A DNA stretch of 63,110 nucleotides, filler included, from 10 parts of 10 records of this genome joined end to end with filler, not necessarily neighbours in it, one strand, 5' to 3'. Positions 23,519 to 37,126 are shown, numbered from the whole stretch's first letter. Made by a program: numbers and translations. The notes: generated by a model from the letters alone, not told the origin.

Positions 23519-24946
23519 ATGAGCGATAAAAAGAAGCGCAGTATGGCGGGTTTGCCGTGGATCGCGGCGATGGCCTTCTTCATGCAGGCACTTGATGCCA
23601 CTATTCTTAATACCGCCTTACCCGCAATCGCTCATAGCCTTAATCGTTCTCCTCTCGCGATGCAATCAGCCATCATCAGTTATACGCTGACGGTGGCGAT
23701 GCTTATTCCGGTAAGCGGATGGCTAGCCGATCGCTTCGGTACGCGTCGCATTTTTACCCTTGCCGTGAGTCTGTTCACATTGGGTTCTCTGGCCTGCGCA
23801 CTTTCTAATTCGCTACCACAGCTGGTTGTCTTCCGGGTTATTCAGGGGATAGGCGGCGCAATGATGATGCCTGTTGCTCGGCTGGCCTTACTGCGCGCTT
23901 ATCCTCGTAATGAACTTCTTCCAGTATTGAATTTTGTCGCCATGCCGGGTCTGGTGGGGCCAATTTTAGGCCCCGTTCTTGGCGGCGTGCTGGTCACCTG
24001 GGCAACCTGGCACTGGATATTTTTAATCAATATCCCCATAGGTATTGCGGGCCTTCTTTACGCGCGCAAACATATGCCCAATTTCACCACCGCACGACGC
24101 AGATTCGATATCACTGGCTTTTTGCTGTTTGGCCTCAGCCTTGTTCTCTTCTCAAGCGGAATAGAGCTATTCGGGGAAAAGATTGTCGCCAGCTGGATTG
24201 CCTTGACGGTAATTGTCACCAGCATCGGGTTACTGCTTCTCTATATTCTCCATGCACGACGCACGCCAAACCCATTAATTTCATTAGATTTATTTAAAAC
24301 CCGCACTTTCTCGATCGGTATCGTAGGCAATATTGCAACCCGTCTGGGGACCGGCTGTGTACCGTTCCTTATGCCATTGATGTTACAGGTAGGATTTGGT
24401 TATCAGGCGTTTATTGCTGGCTGTATGATGGCACCGACAGCGTTAGGTTCCATTATTGCAAAATCGATGGTTACCCAAGTCTTACGTCGTCTGGGCTATC
24501 GCCATACGTTAGTGGGGATCACGGTGATTATTGGGCTAATGATCGCTCAGTTCTCTTTGCAATCACCAGCAATGGCTATATGGATGCTGATCTTGCCGTT
24601 GTTTATATTAGGGATGGCTATGTCGACGCAGTTTACCGCGATGAATACCATCACACTTGCCGATCTGACCGATGACAATGCCAGCAGCGGTAACAGTGTT
24701 CTGGCGGTCACGCAGCAACTGTCGATTAGTTTAGGCGTTGCTGTAAGTGCGGCCGTCCTTCGCGTTTATGAAGGAATGGAAGGCACAACGACTGTCGAAC
24801 AATTCCACTATACGTTTATCACAATGGGCATTATTACTGTTGCTTCAGCAGCAATGTTCATGCTTCTGAAAACAACCGATGGTAATAATTTGATCAAAAG
24901 ACAGCGTAAATCTAAGCCGAACCGCGTTCCATCAGAATCGGAGTAA
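23519..24946 (+). CDS. hsrA: MFS DHA2-family transporter HsrA (YieO)
   Basis: [22 protein letters not shown], many TM segments. Confidence 0.93.
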
Positions 24947-25903
24947 GTTGTAATCGTTGTTGCTGAAGGGTCGGCTGGGTTATCCGATGGATGAGTACAT
25001 CAATCGCCAGCTCCCCCAGTTCATCTTTCGGTTGGTGGATAGTGGTTAATGGTGGCGTCATAAAGCTTGCCAGTTCGATATCGTCATAGCCAATCACCGC
25101 GATATCCTGCGGAACCTGTAACTCTGCCTGATATAACGCCTGGTAAACGCCAACAGCCATAGCGTCATTTCCGGTAAAGACGGCCTGAGGACGCAGCGGA
25201 TGTGATAGCAGTTGGCGCATAGCGTCAAACCCGCCGTTAAATTCAAAATCACCAGTGACTTCATAGCCATCAGGAATGTTGAGACCCGCACGTTTCATCG
25301 CCGCCCGATAACCTTCCAACCGCAGGCGCGCCGGAGTTTTATCCAGCGGGCCGGTAATACAGGCGATACGGGTATGACCTTTATCGATCAGATATTGCGT
25401 TGCTAAGTCTCCGCCCAGCAACGAGTTATCCTGAATAAGATCGCTGTCGCCATCGAACGGAGCCCAGTCCATCATCACAGTAGGCACTGTCGGATAACGT
25501 TGCATGATTTCACGCGAAGGTTGATGCGTTTCGGTGCACAGTAACAGCAAGCCATCAACGCGTTTTTGCATCAGCGTTTCCAGATTGCGATTCATCCGCT
25601 GTTCATCGCCTTCGGTATTGCAAAGGACGAGACTATAACCGCGTTCGAAGCAGCTGCGTTCAACGCCACGCACCAGTTCTGAATAGAAAGATTGGTACTG
25701 GCAGTGATCAACATGCCAATGGTATGTGTTTGATTGAGTTTGAGGCTACGCGCCAGAGCTGATGGCGCGTAATTGAGTTCTTTAATCGCCGCTTCAACTT
25801 TGGCGGTAATCGCTTCACTGACGAAGCGATCTTTATTGATAACGTGAGAAACTGTTGAGGTAGAAACGCCCGCCAGGCGGGCAACATCTTTCATTGTAGC
25901 CAA
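24912..25903 (-). pseudogene. rbsR: Ribose operon repressor RbsR, frameshifted near 25690
   Basis: LacI HTH ([13 protein letters not shown]) and sugar-binding domain lie in different frames; span is 992 nt, not a multiple of 3. Confidence 0.85.
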
Positions 25904-25906
25904 GCG

Positions 25907-26836
25907 TCACCTCTGCCTGTCTAAAAATGCGTCGATCTCTTCACGCCACGGTACGGAAGGTTGTGCGCCTTTACGTGTTACGGCAATCGCAGCGGCAGCA
26001 TGGGCAAAACGAATCGCCTCTGGCAATGGTTTTTCTTCCAGCAATGCCGTGATTAACGCACCGTTAAAGGTATCTCCGGCAGCAATGGTATCGACAGCCT
26101 GCACCCGGAATCCAGGAACGCGCTGACCTTCATCATTCACGCTAGCCCATACACCACGACTTCCTAAAGTAATCAGTACAGTACGGATACCTTTTTCATG
26201 CAGTACCTGCGCCGCCTTCGTTGCATCTTCATCATTTTCAACACGAATACCGGTGAGCTTTTCTGCTTCCGTTTCGTTTGGCGTAATAATGTCCACCAGC
26301 GCCAGCAGTTCGTCAGGAAGTTCGCGAGCCGGAGCCGGGTTAAGCGCAACGATAGTCTTATTTTGATGGGCGATTTTCGCCGCTGCCATCACACTTTCGA
26401 GTGGTGATTCCAGCTGCATTAATAATGCTGACGCGTTGGCAATACGCTCACGTTGCGCTTCCACCAGCGCCGGGGAAAGGGCAGCATTAGCGCCGGCATG
26501 AATACCGATGACATTCTCACCTTCGCCATTAACAAAAATCAGCGCCACACCTGTTGATTCGCCTTTGATCACGCTGACCGGAGTAATATCAATGTTATCA
26601 GTGGCGAGCTGCTGGCGAACGCTCTCACCAATGCTGTCATCACCCGTACAGGCAATAAACGCGATATTCGCACCGCTACGCCCAGCAGCCACAGCCTGAT
26701 TCGCGCCTTTGCCGCCAAATGCAACCTGATAGTGGTTACCGGTTACGGTTTCGCCTGGAGTAGGAAAAGATTGAAGATTAAGAATGTGGTCAGCATTAAT
26801 GCTGCCAAGAACAACGAGGCTGCCTGCGTTTTGCAT
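25907..26836 (-). CDS. rbsK: Ribokinase
   Basis: GGKGANQA, NETE and DTIAAGD motifs. Confidence 0.97.
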   Translation of the reverse strand: MQNAGSLVVLGSINADHILNLQSFPTPGETVTGNHYQVAFGGKGANQAVAAGRSGANIAFIACTGDDSIGESVRQQLATDNIDITPVSVIKGESTGVALIFVNGEGENVIGIHAGANAALSPALVEAQRERIANASALLMQLESPLESVMAAAKIAHQNKTIVALNPAPARELPDELLALVDIITPNETEAEKLTGIRVENDEDATKAAQVLHEKGIRTVLITLGSRGVWASVNDEGQRVPGFRVQAVDTIAAGDTFNGALITALLEEKPLPEAIRFAHAAAAIAVTRKGAQPSVPWREEIDAFLDRQR

Positions 26837-26851
26837 ATTCGGGATGTCCAT

Positions 26852-26879
26852 AAAATGCGCCACCGTGTTAGGGTGGCGC
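26852..26879 (-). terminator. Stem-loop between rbsB and rbsK
   Basis: GCGCCACC-loop-GGTGGCGC followed by ATTTT on the minus strand. Confidence 0.6.
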
Positions 26880-26961
26880 GTGCCCTGCTTTTCTTTATAT
26901 TACACGTTCATCTGTCGATGACGTATTTATGTCACCATCAGGTCATACAACCTGATTAAAA

Positions 26962-27852
26962 CTACTGCTTAACAACCAGTTTCAGATCAACCGGATACTT
27001 AGCCTGAACTTTCTCGCCTTTCAGCACTTTATCTGCGGTTTCGACGCCTTTCGCGCCAATCTGATCGGGTAGCTGAGCGATAGTCGCTGCTAGTTTGCCA
27101 TCATTCACCGCTTTTTCGCCATCCGGTGTACCGTCAAATCCGACGACCATCACATCCGATTTACCGGCAGTTTGCAGTGCGCGCAGCGCGCCCAGCGCCA
27201 TTTCATCATTCTGCGCGAATACAGCCTGAACATCCGGATGAGCGGTCAACAGGTTCTGCATTACGTTCAAACCTTTAATGCGATCAAAATCTGCTGGCTG
27301 GCTGGCAAGAACATTAAACTTGTGAGCAGCAACGGCCTGCTGGAAGCCTTCGCCACGTTCACGGGCTGCGGATGTACCAGCAATGCCTTGCAGCTCGATA
27401 ACTTTGGCACCTTCACCCGCTTTCTTCGCGATGTAATCACCAGCGATTTTGCCGCCCAGTACGTTATCAGAAGCAATGTGGCTCACCACTTCACCTTTCG
27501 TTGCCTGGCGGTCAAGAGTGATAACCGGGATGTTCGCCTGGTTAGCCATCTTCACAGCATTACCCACTGCGTCGGAGTCGGTCGGGTTAATCAGCAGAAT
27601 TTTTGTGCCGCGAACGGTTAAGTCCTGCACGTTCGCCAGCTCTTTCGCCGGGTTGTTCTGGGAGTCCAGCACCACCAGGTTATAGCCAAGTTTATCCGCC
27701 TCTTTCTGCGCGCCATCTTTCAGCGATACAAAGAACGGGTTGTTAAGCGTGGAGACCACCAGCGCGATGGTGTCTTTTGCCATCGCATTCGCACTGACGG
27801 TGGCGCTTAGCGCAACAGCGGAAACCAGGGTAGCCAGTTTTTTCATGTTCAT
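26962..27852 (-). CDS. rbsB: Ribose ABC transporter periplasmic binding protein
   Basis: Signal peptide then [16 protein letters not shown]. Confidence 0.97.
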   Translation of the reverse strand: MNMKKLATLVSAVALSATVSANAMAKDTIALVVSTLNNPFFVSLKDGAQKEADKLGYNLVVLDSQNNPAKELANVQDLTVRGTKILLINPTDSDAVGNAVKMANQANIPVITLDRQATKGEVVSHIASDNVLGGKIAGDYIAKKAGEGAKVIELQGIAGTSAARERGEGFQQAVAAHKFNVLASQPADFDRIKGLNVMQNLLTAHPDVQAVFAQNDEMALGALRALQTAGKSDVMVVGFDGTPDGEKAVNDGKLAATIAQLPDQIGAKGVETADKVLKGEKVQAKYPVDLKLVVKQ

Positions 27853-27876
27853 ATTCAAGATGTCCTGTAGTCGTTA

Positions 27877-28842
27877 TTACTGCTTTTTGTTGTCTACCAG
27901 CACCGCCAGCAAAATCACCACCGCTTTGACGATCATCTGGTAATAGGAGGAAACACCTAACAAATTCAATCCATTATTAAGGAAGCCAAGAATTAATGCG
28001 CCGATCAACGTCCCAACAATGCGACCTTTTCCGCCCGCCAGACTCGTACCGCCCAGAACCACCGCAGCAATAGCATCCAGCTCATAGCCAGTCCCCGCCG
28101 TGGGTTGTGCGGAGGAGAGACGCGCCACTTCAATGATCCCGGCCAGCGATGCCAGCAGACCACAAAGAGAATAGACGATGATTTTGATTTTATTGACGTT
28201 GATACCAGAAAGACGCGTTGCCGCTTCGTTGCCGCCCAGCGCGTAGATGTAACGCCCCAGACGCGTGTGATGCAGCATGTACCAGGCCGCGAGGAAGACA
28301 ATCCCCATGATCCAGACTGGCGTCGGTACGCCCAGCGGACGACCAATACCAAACCAGCCAAACAGATCGGCGTTCTCAGTAAAGCCGGTATTCACTGGGC
28401 TACCGTTGGTATAAACCATGGTCACGCCGCGCAGTAAAAGCATCATAACCAGCGTAGCGATAAACGCCTGGACGCGACCTTTCGCTACAATCACCCCGGT
28501 TACCGCACCAATTGCGGCACCTAACGCGAGAGCAGCAGCGACAGCCACCAGCGCATTGACTTCAATGCCGACGATAGATGCAGCAACTGCGCCGGTCAGC
28601 GCCAACAGAGAACCTACCGATAAGTCGATGCCCGACGTCAGGATCACCAGCGTCATCCCGACCGCCATAATGGCGTTCACTGAGGTTTGCTGGAGAATAT
28701 TGAATAAGTTATTGATGGTGAAAAAGTTCGGGCTTAACGTCGAGACAATCGCGATCAGCACCAGCAGAGCGATAAGCGATTTCTGCTCCATCAGCCACGC
28801 TTTCGTGAAATAACGGCGACCAGAGACAGTCTGGGTTGTCAT
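27877..28842 (-). CDS. rbsC: Ribose ABC transporter permease
   Basis: GIDLSVGS and YELDAIAAVVLGG motifs. Confidence 0.97.
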   Translation of the reverse strand: MTTQTVSGRRYFTKAWLMEQKSLIALLVLIAIVSTLSPNFFTINNLFNILQQTSVNAIMAVGMTLVILTSGIDLSVGSLLALTGAVAASIVGIEVNALVAVAAALALGAAIGAVTGVIVAKGRVQAFIATLVMMLLLRGVTMVYTNGSPVNTGFTENADLFGWFGIGRPLGVPTPVWIMGIVFLAAWYMLHHTRLGRYIYALGGNEAATRLSGINVNKIKIIVYSLCGLLASLAGIIEVARLSSAQPTAGTGYELDAIAAVVLGGTSLAGGKGRIVGTLIGALILGFLNNGLNLLGVSSYYQMIVKAVVILLAVLVDNKKQ

Positions 28843-28846
28843 TTTT

Positions 28847-30352
28847 TTACTCCTGATTCACGCGATTAAGCTTGCCCACAGCGGCAGCCATTAACACTTC
28901 CTGGGTGGCCTGCTCACGAGTAAATTCCCCGCTGAGATGCCCTTCATGCATGACGATGATGCGATCGCTCATGCCTAATACTTCTGGCATCTCCGATGAC
29001 ACCAGAATGATGCTCAAGCCATCGGCTTTGAACTGGTTAATCAGTTGATAGATCTCTTTTTTCGCGCCGACATCTACGCCACGGGTAGGTTCATCAAGGA
29101 TCAACACTTTGGGGCGTGTCATCAGACCGCGGGCAATCGCCACTTTTTGCTGATTGCCACCGGAAAGCAGACCAATTGCCTGTTCCATCGACGGAGTTTT
29201 CACATTAAACAGACGAATGAAATCACTCACAGCCTGCTGTTCATCGGCATGCTTCAAACTGCCGCCAGCGCGGCTGAAGTAGCGCAGCGCTGTCAGCGAC
29301 ATGTTCTCTTTTACTGACATGCCCAACACTAAACCGTCACGTTTACGGTCTTCGGAGATATACACAATGCCGTTTGCCAGGCCATCCTGCGGTGAACGGG
29401 TAACGACTTCATGCCCATCCAGGGTGACGTAACCGCTGGTGCGCGGTAGTGCGCCGTAGAGCACTTTCATCAGTTCGGTACGACCTGCGCCCATCAAACC
29501 AGAGACGCCAAGAATTTCGCCTTTGCGTAAAGTAAAAGAGACATCGTTAACGCCAGGTCCGCAGAGATTATCGACTTTCAGGCGGATATCTCCCGGCGCT
29601 TTGTCCAGGTGCGGATATTGATCTTCCAGCTTGCGACCCACCATCATCTCAATCAGCGAATCTTCGGTCAGTGATGCCACTTCGCGCTCAGCAATAAATT
29701 GCCCATCACGAAAAACGGTAACGTCATCGCAAATCTCGAAGATTTCTTTCATGCGGTGGGAGATATAGACAATACCGCGGCCTTGCGATTTCAGCTCGCG
29801 GATGACGCGGAACAGGGATTCGGTTTCGGTATCGGTCAGCGCATCGGTCGGTTCATCCATAATGATGACTTTCGACTCAAAGCTCAGCACTTTGGCGATT
29901 TCAACCATTTGCTGGTCACCGATGGAAAGATCGCCCACCAGCTTGTCGCTTTTAAAGCGCAGGTTAAGTTTAGCCAGCAATTTATCCGCTTCGGCATACA
30001 TGGTTTTCCAGTCAATTTTGCCAAAGCGATTAACAAACTCACGACCGAGGAAAATGTTTTCGGCAATGGTCAACTGCGGGATCAGGTTCAGTTCCTGATG
30101 GATAATCCCAATCCCGGCTTCCTGGGAAGATTTTGGCCCGGTAAATGTCGTTTCTTTCCCCAGCCATAAAAGCGTACCGGCATCGCGAGTATAGATGCCA
30201 GTAAGCACTTTCATCATGGTGGATTTACCCGCGCCGTTTTCGCCCACCAGCGCCATCACGCGGCCCGGATAGACATTTAACGCTGCGCCCGAGAGGGCTT
30301 TTACGCCCGGGAAGGCTTTATCGATGCCTTTAAGCTGAAGTAATGCTTCCAT
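28847..30352 (-). CDS. rbsA: Ribose ABC transporter ATPase
   Basis: Tandem ABC domains, [17 protein letters not shown]. Confidence 0.97.
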
Positions 30353-30359
30353 GACGGCC

Positions 30360-30779
30360 TCAGAACGTCACGCCAGCACAGAGAATGATATTCGCATACG
30401 GAGAACATTCTCCGCTGCGAATTACCGCCTGACTTTCTGCGGTTTGTTGTTTGAATTGTTCATGCGTGGTGTAACGAATTTCAATGGTATTTCCCTGGTG
30501 TTTTTGCAGCTGCTCAAGGTGAGTGAGCAACGTTTCGTGGAGTTGCGGATTATGGTGTTTGATCTCTTCCGCGATAATGGCCGCCTCGACCTGCATTTCA
30601 TTTGTGACGACGCCCAGCACCTGCATAAAAGAAGGTACACCCTGGGTTAATGCCATATCGATACGCGTTGTACTTTTGGGGATGGGTAAACCAGCATCAC
30701 ACACCACCAGCGTATCGGTATGTCCCAGACGGGAGATCACCGATGAAATATCAGAATTAAGAACGGTGCCTTTTTTCAT
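30360..30779 (-). CDS. rbsD: D-ribose pyranase
   Basis: [17 protein letters not shown] motifs. Confidence 0.96.
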
Positions 30780-30790
30780 TTTTTTCTCCA

Positions 30791-30810
30791 TCAGCGAAAC
30801 GTTTCGCTGA
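30791..30810. promoter_or_regulatory. RbsR operator
   Basis: Perfect 20-bp palindrome TCAGCGAAACGTTTCGCTGA just upstream of rbsD. Confidence 0.9.
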
Positions 30811-30859
30811 CCCACAGTTTAATCCTGACTGAGTTGGGAAAACCATCGTGACGTTACGG

Positions 30860-30881
30860 AAATGTGATCAACCTCGAAACG
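30860..30881. promoter_or_regulatory. CRP site of the rbs promoter
   Basis: AAATGTGA-N6-TCGAAACG resembles the CRP consensus. Confidence 0.6.
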
Positions 30882-30908
30882 TTTTACATGGTGATTAACC
30901 ATGAAAAC

Positions 30909-30939
30909 AAAAACGCCCCCTTATGAAGAAAGGAGGCGT
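30909..30939 (-). terminator. Terminator after kup
   Basis: ACGCC...GGCGT stem followed by a T-run on the minus strand. Confidence 0.55.
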
Positions 30940-30945
30940 CTGGCG

Positions 30946-32814
30946 TTAGATTTCGACCTGAGTACCCAGTTCGATAACCCTGTTTGGCGGGATTTCAAAT
31001 TGATCTGGTGCACGCAGCGCATTACGTTGCAGCAGCAAGTACAGCTTGCCGCGCAGACGCAAATACCACGGGCGTTTGCCGAGGATCAACGACTCATGCG
31101 ACATAAAGAAGGAGGTTTCCATCATCCGGCAACTTAATCCTTCCAGACCGCAGCGGTGGAAAACTTCTTCTACGTTTGGCGTTTCTCGCCAACCATAACT
31201 TGCCACCACGCGCCAGAAAGTGGGCGACAGTTGTTCAATCTGTACCCGACGGACGTTATGGACATATGGAGCGTCTTCGGTGCGCAGAGTTAACAGAATC
31301 ACCCGCTCATGCAATACCTTGTTATGTTTAAGGTTATGCATCAGCGCAAAGGGAATGACGTTGATTGCACGCGACATATACACCGCGGTCCCGGGCACGC
31401 GAACAGGCGGTGATTTCTCCAGCGAAGCAATCATCGCTTCCAGAGAGTTACCATGTTCATGCATCCGCCGCAGCAAGCGGAAACGCTCGCTCTTCCAGGT
31501 GGTCATCACGATAAACATCACAGTACCGAGGCTCAATGGCAACCAGCCGCCGGAGAGCAGTTTATCGAGGTTAGCGGTGAACAATGGAATATCGACACAA
31601 AGGAAAGCAATCAGGATCAGCGCAACAAAATACTTATTCCAGTGCCAGTTCTGACGTGCCACGGTAGTCGAGAGAATAGACGTCAGCACCATGGTTCCGG
31701 TCACCGCAATCCCGTACGCCGCCGCCAGGTTGCTGGAGTGCTCAAAGCTGACAATCACAATCACGACCGCGACATAGAGCATCCAGTTCACAAACGGAAT
31801 ATAGATTTGCCCTGACTCCATTTCGGAGGTGTGAATAATGCGCATCGGCGACAAATATCCCAGACGTACCGCCTGACGCGTCAATGAGAAGACGCCAGAG
31901 ATAACCGCCTGCGAGGCAATTACCGTCGCCAGTGCGGCGATGATCAGCAGCGGGATCAGCGCCCAGTCCGGTGCCAACAGGAAGAACGGGTTCTTAATCG
32001 CTTCCGGGTTCTTTAACAACAGCGCTCCCTGACCGAAGTAATTAAGGGTCAAGGAAGGTAATACGACGGTGAACCACGCCAGGCGAATAGGGAACTTACC
32101 AAAGTGCCCCATATCAGCATACAGCGCCTCGACCCCCGTAATCGACAACACCACTGCCCCTAATGCAATAAAAGAAACCGTTTTGTATTCAAGGAAGAAA
32201 TGCACCGCCCACATTGGATTCAGCGCATGCAGCACTTCCGGGTTAGCAATAATGCTACGTAACCCCAGTCCTGCCAGAATCAAAAACCAGGTCAGCATGA
32301 TCGGCGCAAACAGCTTACCGACCATAGCCGTGCCATGTTTTTGAATCATAAATAATAAAGTGAGAACGATAATTGAGAGGGGAACTATCCAGGTATCCAG
32401 CTGCGGGGCGACGATTTCCAGACCTTCAATGGCTGACATCACCGAAATAGCGGGTGTTATGACGACTTCACCATAGAAAAAGCTGCCGCCGATTAGCCCC
32501 ATAATCACCAGCATTGATGTGGTTCGCGCCGACGTATTACGCCCGGCAAGCGACATCAACGTCAGGATCCCCCCCTCACCGGCGTTATCTGCCCGCATCA
32601 CGAAGGTGAGATATTTAATGGAAACCACAAAGATTAGCAGCCAGAAGATCAGCGATAAAAAGCCAAACACGGCATCGCGTTCAACGCCAAAACCAAACTG
32701 GCCGGACAAACATTCACGAAGTGTATATAACGGGCTGGTACCAATATCGCCGTAGACAACTCCAATCGCCGCGAGGGTAATCGCGGGCAATGATTGCTTA
32801 TTATCAGTGCTCAT
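30946..32814 (-). CDS. kup: Potassium:H+ symporter Kup
   Basis: [13 protein letters not shown] signature. Confidence 0.97.
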
Positions 32815-33036
32815 AGACTAGTCTTTCGTTGAAATATGAAATGTGTGCTTAGTCCCTTGGCCCACAAAAAAGCGCACAGTATGCACGATTAACGGCAAAA
32901 TCGTACTCCTAAATGCGGCCACATTAACCTGGCTCAAAGAAAAATACCCCCCCTTTGAGACTATTTTAGCCACCAGCAAGAAACGTCTATACTCGCAATT
33001 TACGCAGAACTTTTGACGAAAGGACGCCACTTCATT

Positions 33037-34533
33037 ATGGCTCACCCTCATTTATTAGCGGAAAGAATTTCCCGCCTGAGCAGTTCGTTGGAAAAGGGGC
33101 TTTATGAACGTAGCCACGCCATCCGCTTGTGTTTATTAGCGGCATTAAGTGGTGAAAGTGTGTTCCTCCTTGGCCCGCCAGGTATTGCCAAAAGTTTGAT
33201 CGCCCGGCGCTTAAAATTCGCCTTTCAGAATGCCCGCGCGTTTGAATATCTGATGACCCGCTTCTCCACGCCGGAAGAAGTTTTTGGTCCCCTTTCTATT
33301 CAGGCGCTAAAAGATGAAGGGCGCTATGAACGTTTAACCAGCGGTTACCTGCCGGAAGCAGAAATTGTCTTTCTGGATGAGATCTGGAAAGCGGGCCCGG
33401 CAATTCTTAATACCTTGCTCACCGCCATTAACGAGCGCCAGTTCCGCAACGGTGCACACGTAGAAAAAATCCCGATGCGTCTGCTGGTGGCGGCCTCCAA
33501 CGAGCTGCCGGAAGCAGACAGCAGTCTGGAAGCGTTATATGACCGCATGCTGATTCGTCTGTGGTTAGATAAAGTGCAGGATAAAGCGAATTTCCGCTCC
33601 ATGCTGACCAGTCAACAGGATGAAAACGACAATCCGGTTCCTGATGCCTTGCAGGTCACAGATGAAGAATATGAACGCTGGCAGAAAGAGATTGGTGAAA
33701 TTACGCTGCCCGATCATGTATTTGAGCTGATTTTTATGCTGCGCCAGCAACTGGATAAATTACCGGATGCGCCTTATGTCTCGGATCGTCGCTGGAAAAA
33801 AGCGATCCGATTATTGCAGGCCAGCGCCTTTTTTAGCGGTCGCAGTGCTGTTGCCCCGGTAGATCTCATTTTGCTGAAAGATTGCCTGTGGTATGACGCG
33901 CAAAGCCTGAATTTGATACAACAACAAATTGATGTATTGATGACCGGTCACGCCTGGCAACAGCAAGGGATGTTGACTCGCCTTGGCGCGATTGTGCAAC
34001 GTCACCTGCAACTCCAGCAGCAACAAAGCGATAAAACAGCCTTAACGGTAATTCGTCTGGGCGGCATTTTCAGCCGTCGTCAGCAGTATCAACTTCCTGT
34101 TAACGTTACTGCTTCCACTCTGACTCTACTGCTGCAAAAACCGTTAAAACTGCATGATATGGAAGTGGTTCATATCTCCTTTGAGCGTAGCGCGCTGGAA
34201 CAGTGGCTGAGCAAAGGTGGTGAAATTCGCGGTAAACTGAACGGTATCGGCTTTGCCCAGAAACTGAATCTGGAAGTTGATAGCGCCCAACATCTTGTCG
34301 TTCGCGATGTAAGTTTACAAGGCAGTACGCTGGCACTTCCCGGTTCATCGGCTGAAGGTCTGCCTGGTGAAATAAAACAACAACTGGAAGAGCTTGAAAG
34401 CGACTGGCGCAAGCAACACGCTTTATTCAGCGAACAGCAAAAATGTCTGTTTATCCCTGGCGACTGGTTAGGTCGCATTGAAGCCAGCCTACAGGATGTC
34501 GGTGCACAGATTCGCCAGGCACAACAATGCTAA
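33037..34533 (+). CDS. ravA: MoxR AAA+ ATPase RavA
   Basis: GPPGIAKS Walker A, FLDEIWK Walker B. Confidence 0.96.
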
Positions 34534-35978
34534 CGCTGGATACGCTTAATGTGATGCTGGCCGTCAGCGAAGAGGGATTGATCGAAGAGATGATCATCGC
34601 ACTGCTGGCCTCACCGCAGCTGGCGGTCTTCTTTGAAAAATTCCCACGCCTGAAGGCGGCAATCACTGATGATGTTCCCCGCTGGCGTGAAGCGCTGCGC
34701 AGTCGGCTGAAAGATGCCCGAGTCCCGCCGGAACTCACCGAAGAGGTGATGTGCTATCAGCAAAGCCAGCTCCTCTCCACGCCACAGTTTATTGTGCAGC
34801 TACCACAGATCCTGGACTTACTGCATCGTCTGAATTCTCCATGGGCAGAACAAGCCCGACAGTTGGTTGATGCTAACAGCACGATCACTTCAGCGTTACA
34901 CACGCTTTTTCTCCAGCGTTGGCGTTTAAGTCTGATCGTGCAAGCAACGACGTTAAATCAACAGCTATTAGAAGAAGAACGCGAACAACTGTTGAGTGAA
35001 GTTCAGGAACGCATGACGCTGAGCGGACAACTTGAACCGATTCTCGCAGATAACAATACTGCAGCTGGTCGTCTGTGGGATATGAGCGCCGGTCAGCTTA
35101 AACGTGGCGACTATCAGTTGATTGTGAAATACGGTGAATTTCTTAACGAACAGCCGGAACTGAAACGCCTGGCAGAGCAGCTGGGGCGTTCTCGGGAAGC
35201 CAAATCAATACCGCGCAACGATGCGCAGATGGAAACCTTCCGCACCATGGTGCGCGAACCGGCGACGGTTCCTGAGCAGGTTGATGGTCTGCAACAAAGC
35301 GATGATATTTTACGTCTCCTGCCGCCAGAACTGGCGACACTAGGGATAACGGAACTGGAGTATGAGTTTTACCGTCGGCTGGTGGAAAAACAGTTGCTCA
35401 CCTATCGCCTGCACGGTGAGTCGTGGCGTGAAAAAGTGATCGAACGTCCGGTGGTACATAAAGATTACGATGAACAGCCGCGCGGGCCGTTTATTGTCTG
35501 TGTGGATACTTCCGGCTCAATGGGCGGCTTTAATGAACAGTGTGCGAAAGCGTTCTGCCTGGCCTTGATGCGCATTGCTCTCGCAGAAAACCGGCGCTGC
35601 TATATTATGCTATTTTCCACCGAGATCGTCCGTTATGAGCTTTCAGGCCCACAAGGCATCGAACAAGCAATCCGTTTTTTAAGCCAGCAGTTTCGTGGCG
35701 GCACCGATCTTGCCAGTTGTTTTCGCGCCATTATGGAACGCTTGCAAAGCAGGGAATGGTTTGATGCCGATGCGGTGGTGATTTCTGATTTTATCGCTCA
35801 GCGGTTGCCTGACGACGTGACGAGTAAAGTGAAAGAGCTGCAGCGGGTACATCAGCATCGCTTTCATGCCGTGGCGATGTCGGCACACGGCAAACCCGGC
35901 ATCATGCGCATTTTCGATCATATCTGGCGCTTTGATACCGGGATGCGAAGCCGCCTGCTCAGACGCTGGCGGCGATAA
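34527..35978 (+). CDS. viaA: VWA-domain protein ViaA
   Basis: MIDAS motif [15 protein letters not shown]; overlaps the ravA end. Confidence 0.95.
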
Positions 35979-35982
35979 ATTA

Positions 35983-36975
35983 TTACAGCAGAGAAGGGAC
36001 GCTCTCGCGAACAGCAGCTGGCCATACTCCACACTGAACCTGGCCGATATGCGGCAGTTGCAGCAGCAGCATAGTCAAACGAGACTGGCCGATACCGCCG
36101 CCGATGGTCTGCGGCATTTCACCGCGCAGCAGCGCCTGATGCCACTCCAGCTCCAGGCGATCTTCGTCACCGGTCAGCGCCAGTTGATGCTTCAGCGTGT
36201 CGGCATCTACACGGATCCCCATGGAGGAAAGCTCAAACGCATCTTCCAGTACCGGGTTCCACACCAGAATATCGCCGTTCAGACCCGCATGGCCCAGCTC
36301 TGACGGGGTGCTCCAGTCATCATAATCCGGTGCGCGCACGTCGTGGCGATGACCATCGCTCAGCTTGCCGCCAATCCCGACAAGGAATACCGCGCCAAGA
36401 TCTTTCGCTATCGCCCGCTCACGCCCTTTGGCATCAAGATCCGGATAACGAGACAGTAACTCCTGGCTGTGTACGAAGTGGATCTGATCCGGCAGGAACG
36501 GTGCCAGGCCAAACTCTTCGCTAACCGCAGCTTCGGTTGCTTTAATTCCCGCCCAGATCGCCTCTACCGTGCTTTTCAGAGTCGAGAATTGACGCTCACC
36601 GTCGCCCATTACGCGTTCCCAGTCCCACTGGTCAACATAGACCGAGTGCAACGGAGAAAGACGGTCTTCATCGGGGCGAAGGGCTTTCATGTGCGTGTAC
36701 AGCCCTTCGCCCGCGCTGAAGTCGTGTTGCCCTAAGGTCTGACGTTTCCACTTCGCCAGTGAATGAACCACTTCGAACTGGGCATCAGGCAGAGCTTTCA
36801 CTTTTACCTGCACCGCTTTTTCACAGCCCGACAAGTTGTCCTGCGTGCCATCCCCCACACGGCTAAGAATCGGCGCCTGGACTTCGATCAGCCCCAGACG
36901 TTCTTCCAGTTGACGAGAAAAGTGAGATTTCACGAAGCTAATTTGACGTTGTTTGGCAATGTAAGCGGTTTTCAT
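35983..36975 (-). CDS. asnA: Aspartate-ammonia ligase
   Basis: [25 protein letters not shown] motifs. Confidence 0.97.
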
Positions 36976-37126
36976 TTTTTATACTCCTGCGTCCTGTTGC
37001 TTATGATTAAGCAACAAAAACCGACACACATGCAATAATCATTCAATAAAAAGCCTAACTCACTTTTGATTCATTAAAAAAGAAGGCTAAAATAGAATGA
37101 ATCATCAATCCGCATAAGAAAATCCT

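Noticed and set aside
33037-35978. AAA+ ATPase plus VWA pair as a new defence-like system
   Set aside because: It is the known core RavA-ViaA pair
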